DNA from: Octopus sinensis
Taxonomy: Eukaryota
Reading direction: 5' to 3'
Assembly (NCBI RefSeq): GCF_006345805.1
Contig: NC_043008.1
Span: forward strand, 36,146,001 to 36,210,000
DNA length: 64,000 nt
The notes under the pieces were generated by a model that was given only the letters and a program-made list of their open reading frames with translations, was not told the DNA's origin and ran no database searches. This document shows, piece after piece, positions 1 through 13,174 of the stretch (positions are counted from its first letter, which is position 1; each line of letters begins with the position of its first letter). The translations under genes and the position numbers were made by a program.

Positions 1-542
1 CTAGTCAACATCATGGTGTTTGGAGTTATTACTAATGATGGCAACATTATACCTCCATTCATCTACCTACAAGGCCACACACTCAACATGGAGGGCTACA
101 TTAAGCATCTGGAGAAGGTAGTGCTTCCCTGGGTCAAGAGGCAGCTGCTGGAATACCCTATGTCTGGTAACAGGATTTTGCCCCATGCCACACAAGCAAG
201 AACCCTGTCTGGCCACTTAACTCCCCACACTGCAATCCCCTTTATTATGTGCAGGGCACAGTTGAGCAAGAGACTCCTTGTAACACCAAAGATGAACTGA
301 AGGCAGGAATTACAGCAGCATTCACCAACTTAAACAAAGAGACTATCCAGAAAAGTTGCAGGAGATTCCATAGTCGTCTGGAGGCCATAGTGGAAGCCAA
401 TGGTGATTTTATTGAATAAATTTACTCTTTAGTATTTTAAGATATTTTAATGTAATTTTGGTAAATATATCTGTTAAAATGAGATGTCAGTGTTATTTTC
501 ATTTTTGCATAATTTAGACAACAGTTTATTCACTACACGCTG
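1..542 (+). mobile_element. Tc1/mariner-superfamily (maT/DD37D-like) transposon, 3' part, degraded
   Basis: With one frameshift it reads MVFGVITNDGNIIPPFI...VVLPWV...YVW*QDFAPCHTS..WPLNSPHCNPLYYV.GTVEQET..NTKDELKAGITAAF...SRLEAIVEANGDFIE* (stop 417-419). It ends in a TIR-like cactacacgctg at 542. An internal deletion prevents counting the D-D spacing. Confidence 0.8.
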
Positions 543-1152
543 AATATATATATTATATATATATATGTCAATATGTGTGTATGTATATATGGGTGGGGTA
601 TGCATGTTTTTATGTCTATGTTTTCATTTATTTGGACTACATGTTCTAATGTGTGTGTGTGGGTATATGGATATGTGCATATATGTATGGATGTATGGGG
701 GTGTGTATATGTGTGTGTTTGTCTATATGAATATGTATGATTCATACCATGCTGTGTAGAGTTTGTATATGTAGACATATATGATATATGTGTGTATTAG
801 CACATAAGATTAATACTGTGTATGTATAAATGAATATATATGACTACTTTCATACCCTTCTTACCCTTCTCTTTACTAGATCTTAATCTGGATGTTGTGT
901 GGGAGTGAGAAAATTTTACTTTATTGAATTGAATTCATGGTGTGGCAAAGGCATATATGTATGTAGGCATATAAGTCTACTTCATGTTCTTTTTACCCCA
1001 CTCTCTTTACAGGTCCTTAATCTGAATACTGTATGGGAGGGAGAAAAATTATACTTCATTGAATTACTACCTAGCAAACATTTACACAGGTCTTTTGAAA
1101 AACGAACAAAAAGCCACACAGTGACCACCTTTCCATTGTCCCTTCCAAGTAT

Positions 1153-1648
1153 GCAATTTTAGGGCTGAAAATGTCAATGTTGGCTGAATGAAGAGGAGAT
1201 CTGTTGAGGTTGTTGAAATGATGGAGCATTGTCATGTTGATGTGTGTGGTGTACAAGAAGTGAGAGGGAAAGGAGCCTCTGCAAGATTCCTCACGATAAG
1301 AAACAGAGGTTTAAATTCTTCTAGGTGGTCAGTTGTGATGGAGTGGGTGGAGTAGGCATATTCTTAGCGGAAAAGTGGGTAGATAAGGTAATTGAGGTAG
1401 TCAAAGTGTACGATAGGGTTCTTAAGTTGAGACTTATAGATAGATTAACAATTATATTTATCTCTGCCTATGTTCCACTGGCTGGACTGGCTGATGGTCA
1501 GAAGGACCAATTCTATGAGATCCTTTTGCAGACTATCTTAATGACAAATGACAGAGACTTTGTTATTGTGACCGGTGACTTTAATGGACATGTTGGGCAG
1601 CATTCTCATGGATTCCATGGTGTGTATGGTGGTTATGTCTTTGGCACC
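1153..1648 (+). mobile_element. RTE-clade LINE, apurinic endonuclease fragment (frameshifted)
   Basis: VDVCGVQEV..GVGGVGIFLAEKWVDKV..SAYVP..KDQFYE..IVTGDFNGHVG motifs of the APE domain. Confidence 0.85.
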
Positions 1649-2269
1649 ACTACATCTTTCTCTTCCTCATATTTCCTCTTCATAAATTATGATTGCTTTC
1701 CAATTCCCTTTCTTGCCATCACTGCCCGGCTCACTGTATTGCTGCTCCCCACACCCCCAACAGTCACACCCACACCCTATTTTTCTACTCAGGTTCTACG
1801 CTCATATTCTTGTTTCTCGTGAGTATACCCTAGCACTACATCATCTCTCTTCTGCACTCTCTTCCACTCTTGCTGTTTCCTAATCTCTCTCTCTCTCTTG
1901 CCTTTGGTCATTCTCTCTTTCTTTCTCTTGTTTTTTTCTCTGACTAGGTAACCAAGTATCTCCTTTACACCAGCACACTTGTTTTTGGCCTCTTTCTTGT
2001 ACCTTTCTCTCACTCTCTCTCTCACTGGGTAACCATGCATCTCCTCTATAGCAAGGTACATATTTCTGCCTCGCTATTTCTTTATTACACCCTAACCTTT
2101 CATCATATGATACTGGATCACCTCTTCTAATGCCACACCCTGTTGTGGCGTGACACCTGCTTCTTTCTCTTAGTCACTTTGTCACACTCTACCCTTTCAT
2201 CCTCTGATACAAGTTTCCTTCCTCAAATGCCCTACCCTCTCATAATTCCTTGTCTTGTGAGTTTCTTGG

Positions 2270-2485
2270 TTACCCTGCCAGTGCTGGTGCGACATTAAAA
2301 GCATCCAGTCCACACTGTAATGTGGTTGGTGTTTGGAAGGGCATCCAGCTGTCAAAATCTCTTGCCAAAACAGACACAGTAGCCTAGGGTAGTTTTTCTA
2401 CCTGGCTGGCTCCTGTCAACCGCCCTACCCATGCATACATGGAAGATGGACTTAAACGATGATAATGATGATGATGATGATGATG

Positions 2486-2487
<2 letters not shown>
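2270..2487 (+). mobile_element. RTE-type 3' tail fragment ending in (GAT)n
   Basis: ggaagggcatccagctgt...cccatgcatacatggaagatggacttaaacgatgat matches the tails of the RTE copies at 30628 and 32373. Confidence 0.7.
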
Positions 2488-2525
<38 letters not shown>

Positions 2526-2548
2526 TATGTATATAGATATCAATATAA

Positions 2549-2596
<48 letters not shown>

Positions 2597-3333
2597 ATGT
2601 TTGTGCATGTGTGTGTGTATGTACGTATGTATGTATATGAATGAATTATATGAAAAATAATAAACAGAAAAATAAACAGAAAAATTATGAGCAGTATATA
2701 TATATGTGTATGTGTGTGTGTGTATGCATGCACGTGTGTCTGTGTATGTGTGCTTGTGTAAATATATGGAATCTGGTACACATACACAAATTATTGAAAC
2801 TATCACACATGACTCTTCATACATATCTATACCGTACTGCAGTAATTAATTTCTGGTTTTTAGCTTCAGATTTCGTTATCATTTTCTATTTCCTATGAAA
2901 CATGTGGCTGAGTCGTTAGCCTGTCTCTGCTCATCATCATTTGGCTGCGGGTTTGATTCCTGGACCAGGAATTCCATTGTGTCCTTTCATGTTGCTTCAG
3001 TCTACTTAGCTAAAACTGTGTACCGGTTGCAACTGATGGTTAACTCTGTAACAGACAAACATCATGTTTGGAATTGAAGTCTTGTGCTCTTTGACACCTC
3101 AGAAACCTGAATATGTTTTTTCCTCATAAGCTTTTCTCTCACTGTCTCTCTCTTTGTCTGTCTCTGTCTGTCTGTCTGTCTGTTAGTCTGTCGGTCTATC
3201 TCTCTCTCCCCTCTCTGTCTGTCTGTCTGTCTGTCTCCCTCAAAAGAGTATTTGCTTAAATAGTCTCTCTCTTATCATGATGCCTACGTACCAATGATTG
3301 ACATAGTTCTAACATCTAATACCCTTCCCATCT

Positions 3334-3403
<70 letters not shown>

Positions 3404-3592
3404 CTCATCTCTATTCTGCAAGCATGTATGTAGCCCTATTAGTGTCCCTCCTACTTTGCCACTTTCAACTACTCCTACAGCCACTCTTCCTAATCTCTCC
3501 TGCTGCCCACTCATTTTCCACTCCTCCACACTCTCTTACCTCTCACTACCAACCACTCTCCGACTTCTCTCTTTCACTTTTCTCTTTTACTT

Positions 3593-3683
3593 GTCTCTTT
3601 TGCCGGACTGCTAAGTGACAGGGACATAAACACACCAGCATCGGTTGTCAAGCAATGCTAGGGAGACAAACACAGACACACAA

Positions 3684-3724
<41 letters not shown>

Positions 3725-3880
3725 TACGACAGGCTTCTTTCAGTTTCCGTCTACCAAATCCACTTACAAGGCATTGGTCGGTCCGGGTCTAGAGCAGAAG
3801 ATACTCACCCAAGATGCCACGCAGTGGGATTGAACCTGGAATCATGTGGCTGGTTAGCAAGCTACTTACCACACAGCCAC
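3593..3880 (-). mobile_element. tRNA-derived CORE-like SINE, 3'-truncated
   Basis: High identity to the full copies at 15715 and 18211; A/B-box head and gcaccttgggcaagtgtctt-type central domain. Confidence 0.85.
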
Positions 3881-3989
3881 TTGTCTTTCTTTTTATACCT
3901 TGCATTACTCTCCTCCTGACATTACTGCTTCTCTTCCATCACATCTATCATCATCTCTTCCATTTTCTACTCCCCCCCCCCCGCCCCAT

Positions 3990-4288
3990 CAGGCATTACT
4001 GCTGAGATGCTCAAAATATCTGGCAGTGTCGGCTATAGCCTGGTCACCCGTATAGTTAACCAGGTGATACACAAAGGAGTTATACCTAATGACTGGTGTA
4101 GCAGCATAATAGTCAACTGCTACAAAGGTAAAGGTGATGCTTTAGATACAAATAATTACAGAGGTATCAAGCTGTTGGATCAGGTAATGAAGATCACGGA
4201 GAGGGTCATAGCCCAACTGATTAGGGAGAGAGTCAGTTTAGATGAGATGCAGTTTGGTTTCATGCCAGGGAAAAGCACCAATGATGCT
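3990..4288 (+). mobile_element. RTE-clade LINE reverse transcriptase N-terminal fragment
   Basis: AEMLK...IPNDWCSSIIVNCYKGKGDALDTNNYRGIKLLDQVMKITERV...EMQFGFMPGKST. Confidence 0.9.
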
Positions 4289-4434
4289 CCTTCACCATAC
4301 TCTCACTTCTTTCCCCTTTCCACCTCAGTTCACCTCACTGGTGATAATATGGGCTGTAATTTGTACTTTTTGCTTTTGGCATTGTTTCTGTGGCCAACTA
4401 TTTTACAAAGTGTTACTGGGAAAATTTTTTACAG

Positions 4435-4527
4435 CACCAGCACCAAAGCAGTTGCCTTATTCCCATCAAGACTGATGAGTCATTTTTAAGAGACATCAGC
4501 CTCGATTTGTCAGTCAATCACTTTCCA
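4435..4527 (+). CDS. Candidate internal exon (93 nt, phase 0-0), HQHQSSCLIPIKTDESFLRDISLDLSVNHFP, protein not recognised
   Basis: Acceptor ttttttacag| and donor cca|gtaagt; exactly one open frame; non-repetitive sequence. Confidence 0.25.
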
Positions 4528-5361
4528 GTAAGTACTCAATGCATTTTATTATGCCACCAACACTATAGATGTTGCTGTTACTTAATCAAGGCTAAAAACT
4601 TCTCTGGATATGTCTCCAGATTTTTAAAGCAAATGTGATTGAAGATATGTTTCTTTATTAGCCACACAAGGCTGCACACAGACAGGACAAATTACAAGGT
4701 AGAGCTTTTCTTTTTGGGGAGAAAAAAAAAGGTGAGCAGGTTTTCGATCAAAAGGGATCATAAAAAGGAAAGAGAAAGAGGAAAGAAAGAAAAAGAAAAA
4801 AAAAGAAAAGATAGATAGAAGAGAAAGAGATGACCAAGAAGAAAGGAAAAGGATATGAATTTGAGAAAGAGGAGGAAACATTGATGTGAGAGGATGGGAT
4901 GAGGGAGTAATGGGAATGAGACAGTAATAATTATGCTGTTGATGGGATTGACAATTAAGACAACATGAGTGATGGATAGCAATAGAGATGGACAATGATG
5001 AGGAGTGAAAGTGGTCAATGTCAATGTAGAGTCATGTGAGGAAGTGAACATGATGGCATGAAATGATGAAGAGTGATAGAGAGAAATACTGAATATAGAC
5101 TTGTAAGTACCATCCCACGTTACACAGGCATCATGTTGGCAGAGGAGAAGATAGCAAAAAGGCTGAATGTGAATAGATCAGATGCCATTCTTTGTTACTT
5201 AATGTAGTACAAGGAATAGGAGAGAGGATGAAAGATGAGATGGTTGCAAAGAAGAGTAGTTGATAGAGATTAAACAGGAATATAATGAATGAAAGACTCA
5301 ATATGTATGTAGTTACATTGCCTAGGTAACAAAAACTATCAGTTACTTCTTGTGAACTTAC

Positions 5362-5453
5362 CAAACATTTGATGAAATTTCTTTGGTCAATATAAAGATG
5401 CTCACTCGTTAATGAAGACAAAAAGAAAACCCCAGCCCGCTGGTTGTTAACAA
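5362..5453 (-). CDS. Candidate internal exon (92 nt, phase 1-0), xVNNQRAGVFFLSSLTSEHLYIDQRNFIKCL, protein not recognised
   Basis: Long pyrimidine tract with ttttctatacag| acceptor and ttg|gtaagt donor; only one frame open. Confidence 0.4.
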
Positions 5454-6808
5454 CTGTATAGAAAATTAATATAAAAGAAAAAAGAATTGCGCAAACGAAC
5501 CTGGGGGTGGTGGGGAGAGGACTTTCGGAAAATTCACAAGATCTGATTTTTCCCTCGTAATTTTCAGGAAAATGGATAGATATTGATTTTTTTTTATGGA
5601 ATCCCATGTTTTTCGGCTATGGAGAATCTGATTCTGAAAAAAAAAATTGTTTGTAAAATTTCAATTTTTCAAACAAAAAAAAAACATTTCATTTATCTCT
5701 CTCTTCTTTTCAAGTTTTTACTCCAAGACTCAGCTTGATGAAGATGCCTGGAACAATAAAATTGTAGTCTGTGTGTTTTTATTCTGTTATTCCTTTGGAG
5801 GAGGCAAACTGACAGGTAGAAAGCATTGTCTTGCAATATTAATTTTGGCTCTTTTCACTCTGAGTTCAAATCCAGCCGAAGTCAAGCTTCAGGCACAAAC
5901 ATCGCCAAATGATTAAGAAGTTTGTCTTTCAATCCTGTAAGTTTGAGTCTACCACAGAAGAACGAGAAAGGTCCTTCCAACAGGCATCTACACCCCATTC
6001 ACCACAATTCAGTTACAAAAGTTTTGGTTGATCTGAAGCTATTTGTAGAAGTACTTCCAAAGTGCTGTATAGTGAAATTGAACTCAAAACTGTTGTTCTG
6101 AGTAAGCTTCTTAACCACAAGAGTAAGAAATAAGTTTCTTATGCTTGTACTCATAAGTCATGCATGCACTTATTTGTTAAAACCTTTGGGAAAGACAATA
6201 AAGATGTTCTTATTCTCGTCTTTCTACCAAATAGTGGGGCTTGATGCTTATGTAGGAAAGAAAACAATCATAAAATAAATTGGTAAGCAATTTTATATTT
6301 CTGAGATGAAGAATTTATATTGTGTACACTGTCGACATTTGTCAAAGTGGTGTCCTCATCTTGTTTCAGCTGTCTATGTTCCAGCCTTCTTCAGGTGTCT
6401 TGTGAATCACCTTAGTACTTTGTCTGGGTTTGAACTCAGAATCTTTAGCTGACTGCACTGCATTAACCAACACTTTTATCCACTACACTATGCCCATAGG
6501 CAGTATCAGAGTAAATTTTTAAGGCTTATAAACCTCCATTGATTTCTTATGTCAACTCTCTACCAGTTGGATATACAATTCTATATTTCTGAGATGAGAA
6601 ATATGTTATGTACACCATTTACATTACTGGGAAACCTTTTTGTGGTGAATTCCCTTGGGATGTTGGGTCACCTCTACAAATTTTATCTTTATGTCATATA
6701 GAGTATCGTGGATAAATCAGCCTGGAAGAGCCTGTCTCTCAACCGAAACAACAACCATTGTGAAATCCTGTCACTGACACAATGCTCTGCTCATGACTAT
6801 GGCTGCAA

Positions 6809-7168
6809 TTTTAACCAGCTCAGTCTGCCTAGCTGTAAATAGGTACAACAGGCCAGGAACAGTTTTCTGGATTGGTCAGCCTAGCTGAGCTTGTGCTTTG
6901 CTAACCTACAGCCATACTGGAGTCTTGTTACTGGGTCCATTACTCAGTTATTTTAAATAGTCCAGTCCGCCTAGCTGTATATAGGTACAACAAGGTAGAA
7001 ACAATTCTTTAGCAACTGTGTTTTGGTTAAGTCAGCCTAGTAGAACTTGTCTCTCTCCAAACTAGATCCATGGTAGTGTCGTATCACTGGCATAATGCTA
7101 TACACATCACTCAGCTATTTTAAAAAGCTCAGTCTATCAAGCTGTACAACAGGCAAAGAACAATTCAA
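6809..7168. repeat. Degenerate direct tandem repeat, about 2.3 units (starts 6809, 6951, 7118)
   Basis: Recurrent ttttaa..ag(c/t)(t/c)cagtc(t/c)gcctagctgta...caacagg...aacaattc blocks. Confidence 0.7.
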
Positions 7169-8039
7169 TAAGGCAGGCATCCATATCAGCGCTGTTTCAT
7201 AGTATTTAATTTTCAAAATATGTATTTTCTATTAATAATTTACTCATAGTAATATCATAGTAATACTCCAGCATGGCCACAGTCAAATGACTGAAACAAG
7301 TAAAAGAGTAAAAGAGTAAGAGTATATGATTGAAGGCATGCGCAGGGGGTGGGTCTTTGTTTTTGTATGTTCTGCACATCAGACTAAAAACAACAAAAAC
7401 ACATCATGTCAAAGCCAGTGCATAAATCAGATTTCTCAGCTAATTGTTTATAAACCTGTTGACCTGTCACTCACATTCCCTACAAGCAAACGTGTGCTTG
7501 TAAACAATAATTCGCAGTTCTTTAGATTTAGGCATAAATCTTAATTCCATTCATGAGTCTATAGATTTAGCCATCATTTATAATCCCATACACACACACA
7601 CACACACACACAACATTTTGATAATTAAATCAACCTTACCGATGCTTGTTACTCATTGAATTCGCCAGAGTGAGGTCAACATAGTTCACTTGTTAATGGA
7701 ATAGATTTGGGTACAGAGATATTGATTTAACCTTACTAATTAGGAGACACTCATTATGAGCTCTCTTCTCTCTCTCTCTGCGTTATAAACTAATGATCTT
7801 ATTTCAAAGTGAAACTAGAGTTTTATTTTCATTGGATAATTTATTGGACTGCCTGTTGGCTGCTATGGATTCTGTGCTCAATTTTTTTCTGTGTCACATT
7901 GTATTTCTGGGTCAATACACCTAATCTTAAATCAAATCACTTTGCTTTGATCTACGGTTCCAATAGTATGCATTTTGTTATTATCTTTTTTCTTTCTTTC
8001 TTTTTTTTCTTTGCTATTCTTTGAATATATCTTTTATTT

Positions 8040-8518
8040 TTTTACCGTTTCCTTGTTTTAGTCATTGAACTGCAACCATGCTTGGGCACTGCTTTGAAGG
8101 GTTTTAATCAAACAAATTGACCCCAGAACTGTTTTTTTTTTCTAAGCCAGGTCCTTATTTTGTCATTCTCTTAAATAAACCAACACAAGATATCAAGCAA
8201 TGGAAGAGTGCAAACACACACACACACACACACGCACACACACACACACACACACACCACACATACACACACCACACATACATACACACATGCATGGATG
8301 CATGTATGTATATGCATGCACACACATGCAAGCACACGTGCACATGCACATGGCAGGCTTCTTTCAGTTTCTGCCAACCAAATTTGCTTAAAAAGCCTCG
8401 GTTAGTCTGAGGCTATAGTAGAAGACACTAGTTAAATAAACCAAGGTGTTATACAGTGGGATTGAACCCAGAATCATGTGGTTGGGGAGCAAGCTTCATA
8501 CCACACAGCCATGCCTGC
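8040..8518 (-). mobile_element. CORE-like SINE, older diverged copy
   Basis: Same head, central (CA)n and tail as the 15715 copy. Confidence 0.7.
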
Positions 8519-8675
8519 TTCTGTCCACATAACCACATCTTTGTGCCTATGTAACAAAAAATAAGAAATATGTTAAAGAATATGTCAAAAAGAGAAATTT
8601 AGCAGATCCTGCTAAAATTTCTGCAGAACAACGCTGTTGGATAAAAGTGCATTAATAAGAAGTTTTTTGTCAAAG

Positions 8676-8766
8676 ATGTAGAGAGAAAGGATTAAGAAAT
8701 GTGTCCAATATTGTGTGGAATCACAAGGAGATAAGAGAGGATATTGAAAGGATTTTAATGGAAATG
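8676..8766 (+). CDS. Weak candidate exon, xCREKGLRNVSNIVWNHKEIREDIERILMEM
   Basis: Strong donor atg|gtaagt and an open frame, but a weak acceptor (ttttttgtcaaag). Confidence 0.15.
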
Positions 8767-8798
8767 GTAAGTATTGTAGAAATGGTAGAAGAGAGAGG

Positions 8799-8836
<38 letters not shown>

Positions 8837-9099
8837 AGAGAGAGTTACAGTACATTTTATTACTACATAACTAACTGAATTAATATGACAGTCTCTATGT
8901 GGTCACTTGATCTGTTAAATATAGCAGCTAAATACCCTTCAAATCACACACTACTGCCTTAAAAAAAAAAAGAAATATTGGATATAGTTCCATATATGAT
9001 TACTCAGAATAAAAATTGGTAAAGTAATTTTAGGTGCAACACCTTTGATCATAAATCTGCCCAATTAGGGTTGTCCTGGAGTCAAATAACTCTTTCTTC

Positions 9100-9500
9100 T
9101 ATTGATATAAGGTCTGAAATTTTTGTGGGTGGGGGCTAGGCAATTACATCGACCCCATTTCTTGATTGGTACTTGCTTTGTCAACTCCGAAAAAGATGAA
9201 ACGCAGAGTCAATCTCAGCAGACTTTGAACTCAGAACATAAAGAAATGCTACTAAGCAATTTTGTCCTACATGCTAACAATTCTGCCAGCTCATTACCTT
9301 AACTCCAGCTTGACCTGAATTTAAATGCTTAGTGGTATTTCATCTGTCTTTACGTTCTGAGTTCAAATTCTGCCAAGGTCAAATTTACCTTTCATCCTTT
9401 CAGGGTTGATAAACTAAATACCAGTTGTGTTGTGGAGACGATCTAATCAACTGAATTCCTTATCCAAAATTTTGGGCCTTGTGCCTAGATTAGAAAAGAA
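9100..9500. mobile_element. Two diverged Meta-domain-like SINE fragments, head to head (9100-9300 minus, 9315-9500 plus)
   Basis: ttctgagttcaaattc..cctttcatcctttcagggttgataaa..taccag motif on both strands. Confidence 0.6.
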
Positions 9501-9662
9501 TAGTAAGAACTAGAAATAAACCAATATGTTCAGTTTTTGTTGAATTCTTTACAAGATTCACAAACTGGTGTGTAGAACTAAATTCAAATATATTTTAATA
9601 TAAGTAAGCTCCTTTTAAATAAGTTCCAACTATTTCTCTCAGAACTGTGTGAAGTCAGTTAA

Positions 9663-9885
9663 CCATCTAGCATTCAGATAACTCTATCAAATGTAGTGTT
9701 TGTTTACTTATATTGTTTTCAATTAATCATGTATTATCTTGTAGCTTTGAGATTTCAGTGATGTGATTGCTTATTATTTTTAGAATGACATTGTAGTATA
9801 GGTGTGAGAGACCGGATGTGGCTGGTTTGAACATAAAGCAGAAAGAAGTTTTGAGCTGGATATGGACGTTTTAAATGCCAAAGTA
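9663..9885 (+). mobile_element. piggyBac-type MITE, diverged
   Basis: Flanked by TTAA (9659-62 and 9886-89) with decayed ccctttagcat/atgctaaaggg ends; homologous to 16130-16232 and 19531-19750. Confidence 0.65.
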
Positions 9886-10484
9886 TTAAGGTTTGTATCT
9901 ATCATAAATACCATATTCAGGATTTGGCACTCCACTCCTTTTCAGGATGTGTCACCAAAGAGAATCAGTTAATGTTATTTTGTAGGATATTTGTCAAATC
10001 TTGCTCTTCATCTACATGCAAACACACATACACACATATATACATGGTAAAACACAAGTGACATACGTGTATGTGTGTGCCCGCACATGTGTGTGTGTGT
10101 GTGTGTATGTATGTGTGTGTGTGTAATTATACTACACACACATGTACACACATACACATGCACACACAGACACATACATACACACACGCACATACATGTA
10201 TATAAGTATGCATGTATGTGTGTCCTGGACAGCACATTAAACTGCTTCTAGTGGTGTCGAGGTTCCAGTTCAGGAATTCTGGATTTGTGGGGAGCATCGA
10301 GTTACTCCTTGATTACCATTACTCCCAGGTGTGTTCTGACCTGGAATGGTAGTACCTGCCAGAGTCCCACCAATGAGTTAAATTGATTTTCCATGAGTGG
10401 AGGAGGCTCCTGTTTATTTTTGACAAAGCTGTGTGGAAGGTAGTTCTTCTGGGAGAAAAATTCTGTTTTTCATATAAAACTTAC

Positions 10485-10506
10485 AGTCAAAATTAGAAGC
10501 AGTCAT
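10485..10506 (-). CDS. Candidate start-codon exon portion (MTASNFD + 1 nt), phase-compatible with exon 5362-5453
   Basis: Perfect donor act|gtaagt at 10484; ATG at 10506 with A at -3; upstream exon boundary not found. Confidence 0.2.
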
Positions 10507-10889
10507 CTTACAATGCTTATCACTGGAACCAACTTTGGCAATGGAGAGAGTGGCAAAACTGTTGTTGTACAGCTTTTGTCACTTAAATCCAGTGACATAT
10601 AGATGTCTGACTACCAATTAATGTGAGATGGCTATTGTCTGACATGATGAGGCAATCATCATGTACATATGTAAGTATGCATGTATATATACATCCACTC
10701 ACACATTCATATATGGGTATGTGATTAAGAAGAAGTTTTCAAACCATTTGGTTCTGGGTGCAATCACACTACCTGACACTTTGAGCAAGTGTTTTGTGTA
10801 ATAGCACTGGGTCAGAACAATCAATGCTTTATGAGTGTATTTGGTATACAGAAATTAAAAGAAGACTATCAGTTACGAGTGTGTGTGTA

Positions 10890-10963
<74 letters not shown>

Positions 10964-11016
10964 TTTGCAAAATTATGGTGAGTTAGGGCTACAGATGGTG
11001 ACTTCATCATTTGCAG

Positions 11017-11064
11017 CTCAATTACAAAATAGTGAGGACACTGTTTGTCATTGGGTTGAAAATG
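11017..11064 (+). CDS. Weak candidate 48-nt exon (two open frames)
   Basis: tcatttgcag| acceptor and atg|gtaagg donor. Confidence 0.15.
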
Positions 11065-11396
11065 GTAAGGTTTGTTTACATTCCCTACCAACAAATTATC
11101 TGCTAGCTCTGGACTTTTGAATTCCACAGAAATAAAAAAAAAAAGAATCCCTTACTCGAAGAAAGAAAAAGAAAAAGGATAAAGTCTGGTGTTGGGATGA
11201 GTATCTGACCCTAAAATTTCTGCCTGAACAACAACAGCAATGACAACAACTAATATTTGGATTAACGAATTCTTTAATATCTTAGAAATTAACTGAAACT
11301 TATTAATTGTCTTCCTTGTTGAAATATTTTCATAAAAGATTTAGTGAGTTAACACTAACCCATCAACAGAAGAATTCGATAATATTCCTCTGTTTA

Positions 11397-11553
11397 GTGT
11401 GGTTGTGTGGTCAAGAAGCTTTTTCCCAACCATGTAGTCATGGGTTCAATCTCACAGCGTGGCACCATGGGCAAGTCTCTTCTACTGCTGCCCTAGGCTG
11501 ACCAAAATGTTCGTAGGCAATTTGGTCAAGGGAAATTGAAAGAAACCTATTGT
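11397..11553 (+). mobile_element. CORE-like SINE 5' fragment (old)
   Basis: tRNA-like head and ggcaccatgggcaagtctctt. Confidence 0.6.
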
Positions 11554-11754
11554 TTATATATTTGTTCTTTTCTTCTTTCTCTTTTTAAATTTAGAATAAA
11601 TATTGACTGGCTACCTTCTTGATAGCAAAGGTTGTGAAGGAAAGCATCTTGTTTCATTCATCATACTTTACTTTACTTCTGAAGAAGGTCTTGCAGATTT
11701 TCATAGTCCCAGATATTGTGATCATTTATTGTGTATGAAGTGAGGATTTGCATC

Positions 11755-12070
11755 CTATGTATGTATGTATGTATGTATGTATGTATGTATGTATGTATGT
11801 ATGTATGTATGTATTATGTATGTATGTATGTATGTATGTATGTATGTATGTAGTATGTATGTATGTATGTATGTATGTATGTATGTATGTATGTATGTAT
11901 GTATGTATGTATGTATGTATGTATGTATGTTGTATGTATGTATGTTGTTTGTATGTATGTTTGTATGTGTATGTATGTATGTATGTATGTATGTATGTGC
12001 ATATATGCATGCATGCATGTATGTATGTATGTATGCATGCATGCATGTGCATGCATGTATGCATGCATGC

Positions 12071-12101
<31 letters not shown>

Positions 12102-12410
12102 TGTATGCATGCATGCATGCTGCATGCATGCATGTATGTATGCATGCATGCATGCATGCATGTATGTATGCATGTATGTATGTATGTATGTATGTGCATG
12201 CATGCATGCATGTATGCATGCATGCATGTATGTATGCATGCATGCATGCATGTATGTATGTATGTATGTATGTACGCATGCATGTATGTATGTATGTATG
12301 TATGTATGTATGCATGCATGCATGCATGCATGCATGTATGTATGTATGTATGCATGCATGTATGTATGTATGTATGTATGTATGTATGTATGTATGTATG
12401 TATGTATGTG
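11755..12410. repeat. Compound (ATGT)n/(ATGC)n tetranucleotide array, about 650 bp
   Basis: Directly visible. Confidence 0.97.
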
Positions 12411-12676
12411 CAGATTTGTATGTTTTATGTATGTATTCTTATGCATATAGTTGCATATCTAGATGTGCTCATATATACTTAAATAACAAATTCTGGAAAG
12501 TTTTACAGATTTTTTACAGTTCCAGTGATGGATTGGATCTGTAGCCTTCAAATTAGCTTTCTCCTTCTGGTTTTGAGAAGCCTAATTTCTCAAGATTGGT
12601 ATTTAGGCAGCGTGTTACATATCCCAAGGCCCCAATAATAATAATAATAATGATAATAATAATAATAATAATAATG

Positions 12677-12713
<37 letters not shown>

Positions 12714-13174
12714 TAATAGTAACAACAACAATAATAATAATAACAACAACAATGTATGTATGTATGTATGTAATTATGTATGTATGCATTCATGCATTCA
12801 TGTATGTATGTAGGTATGCATGTACATGTGTGTATGTGTGTGTGTTTGTGTGTGTGTGCGTGTGTGTGTGTGTGTGTGTATGTGTGTGTGTGCATATTTG
12901 TGCTTGTCATTCATTGTTTGACTGTGTTCATTTGTCTCCGTCCCTGCAACTTAAAAGTTTTGTTTTGCAAAAAAGAGAACTAATTTCATAAGTAGCAGGC
13001 TTAGCTTAATTACTGTGGTGTGAATTTGACTGACTAACACTTTCAAGGCAGTGCTCTTGTGACTGAAACAAGTAAAAGAGCAAAAGAATGTGAAATGAAT
13101 TTGAAGAACACAATGGAAGCATTTCACATTAAAGGAAAGAAATGGCAGTTTTATGCATTCAATAAGCAAAAATA

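Noticed and set aside
4472-4500. CTGATGAG hammerhead-like start
   Set aside because: No GAAA or stems downstream.
6235-6282. Plus-strand 48-nt exon-like segment
   Set aside because: Stop codons in all three frames.
10487-10602. Plus-strand Walker A-like peptide (LITGTNFGNGESGKT) after an AG
   Set aside because: Hits a stop 12 codons later with no good donor; it overlaps a better minus-strand donor; a short motif match is expected by chance.
11726-12544. Six overlapping 190-259 aa ORFs (MYVC../HTYI..)
   Set aside because: Stop-free read-through of tetranucleotide repeats.
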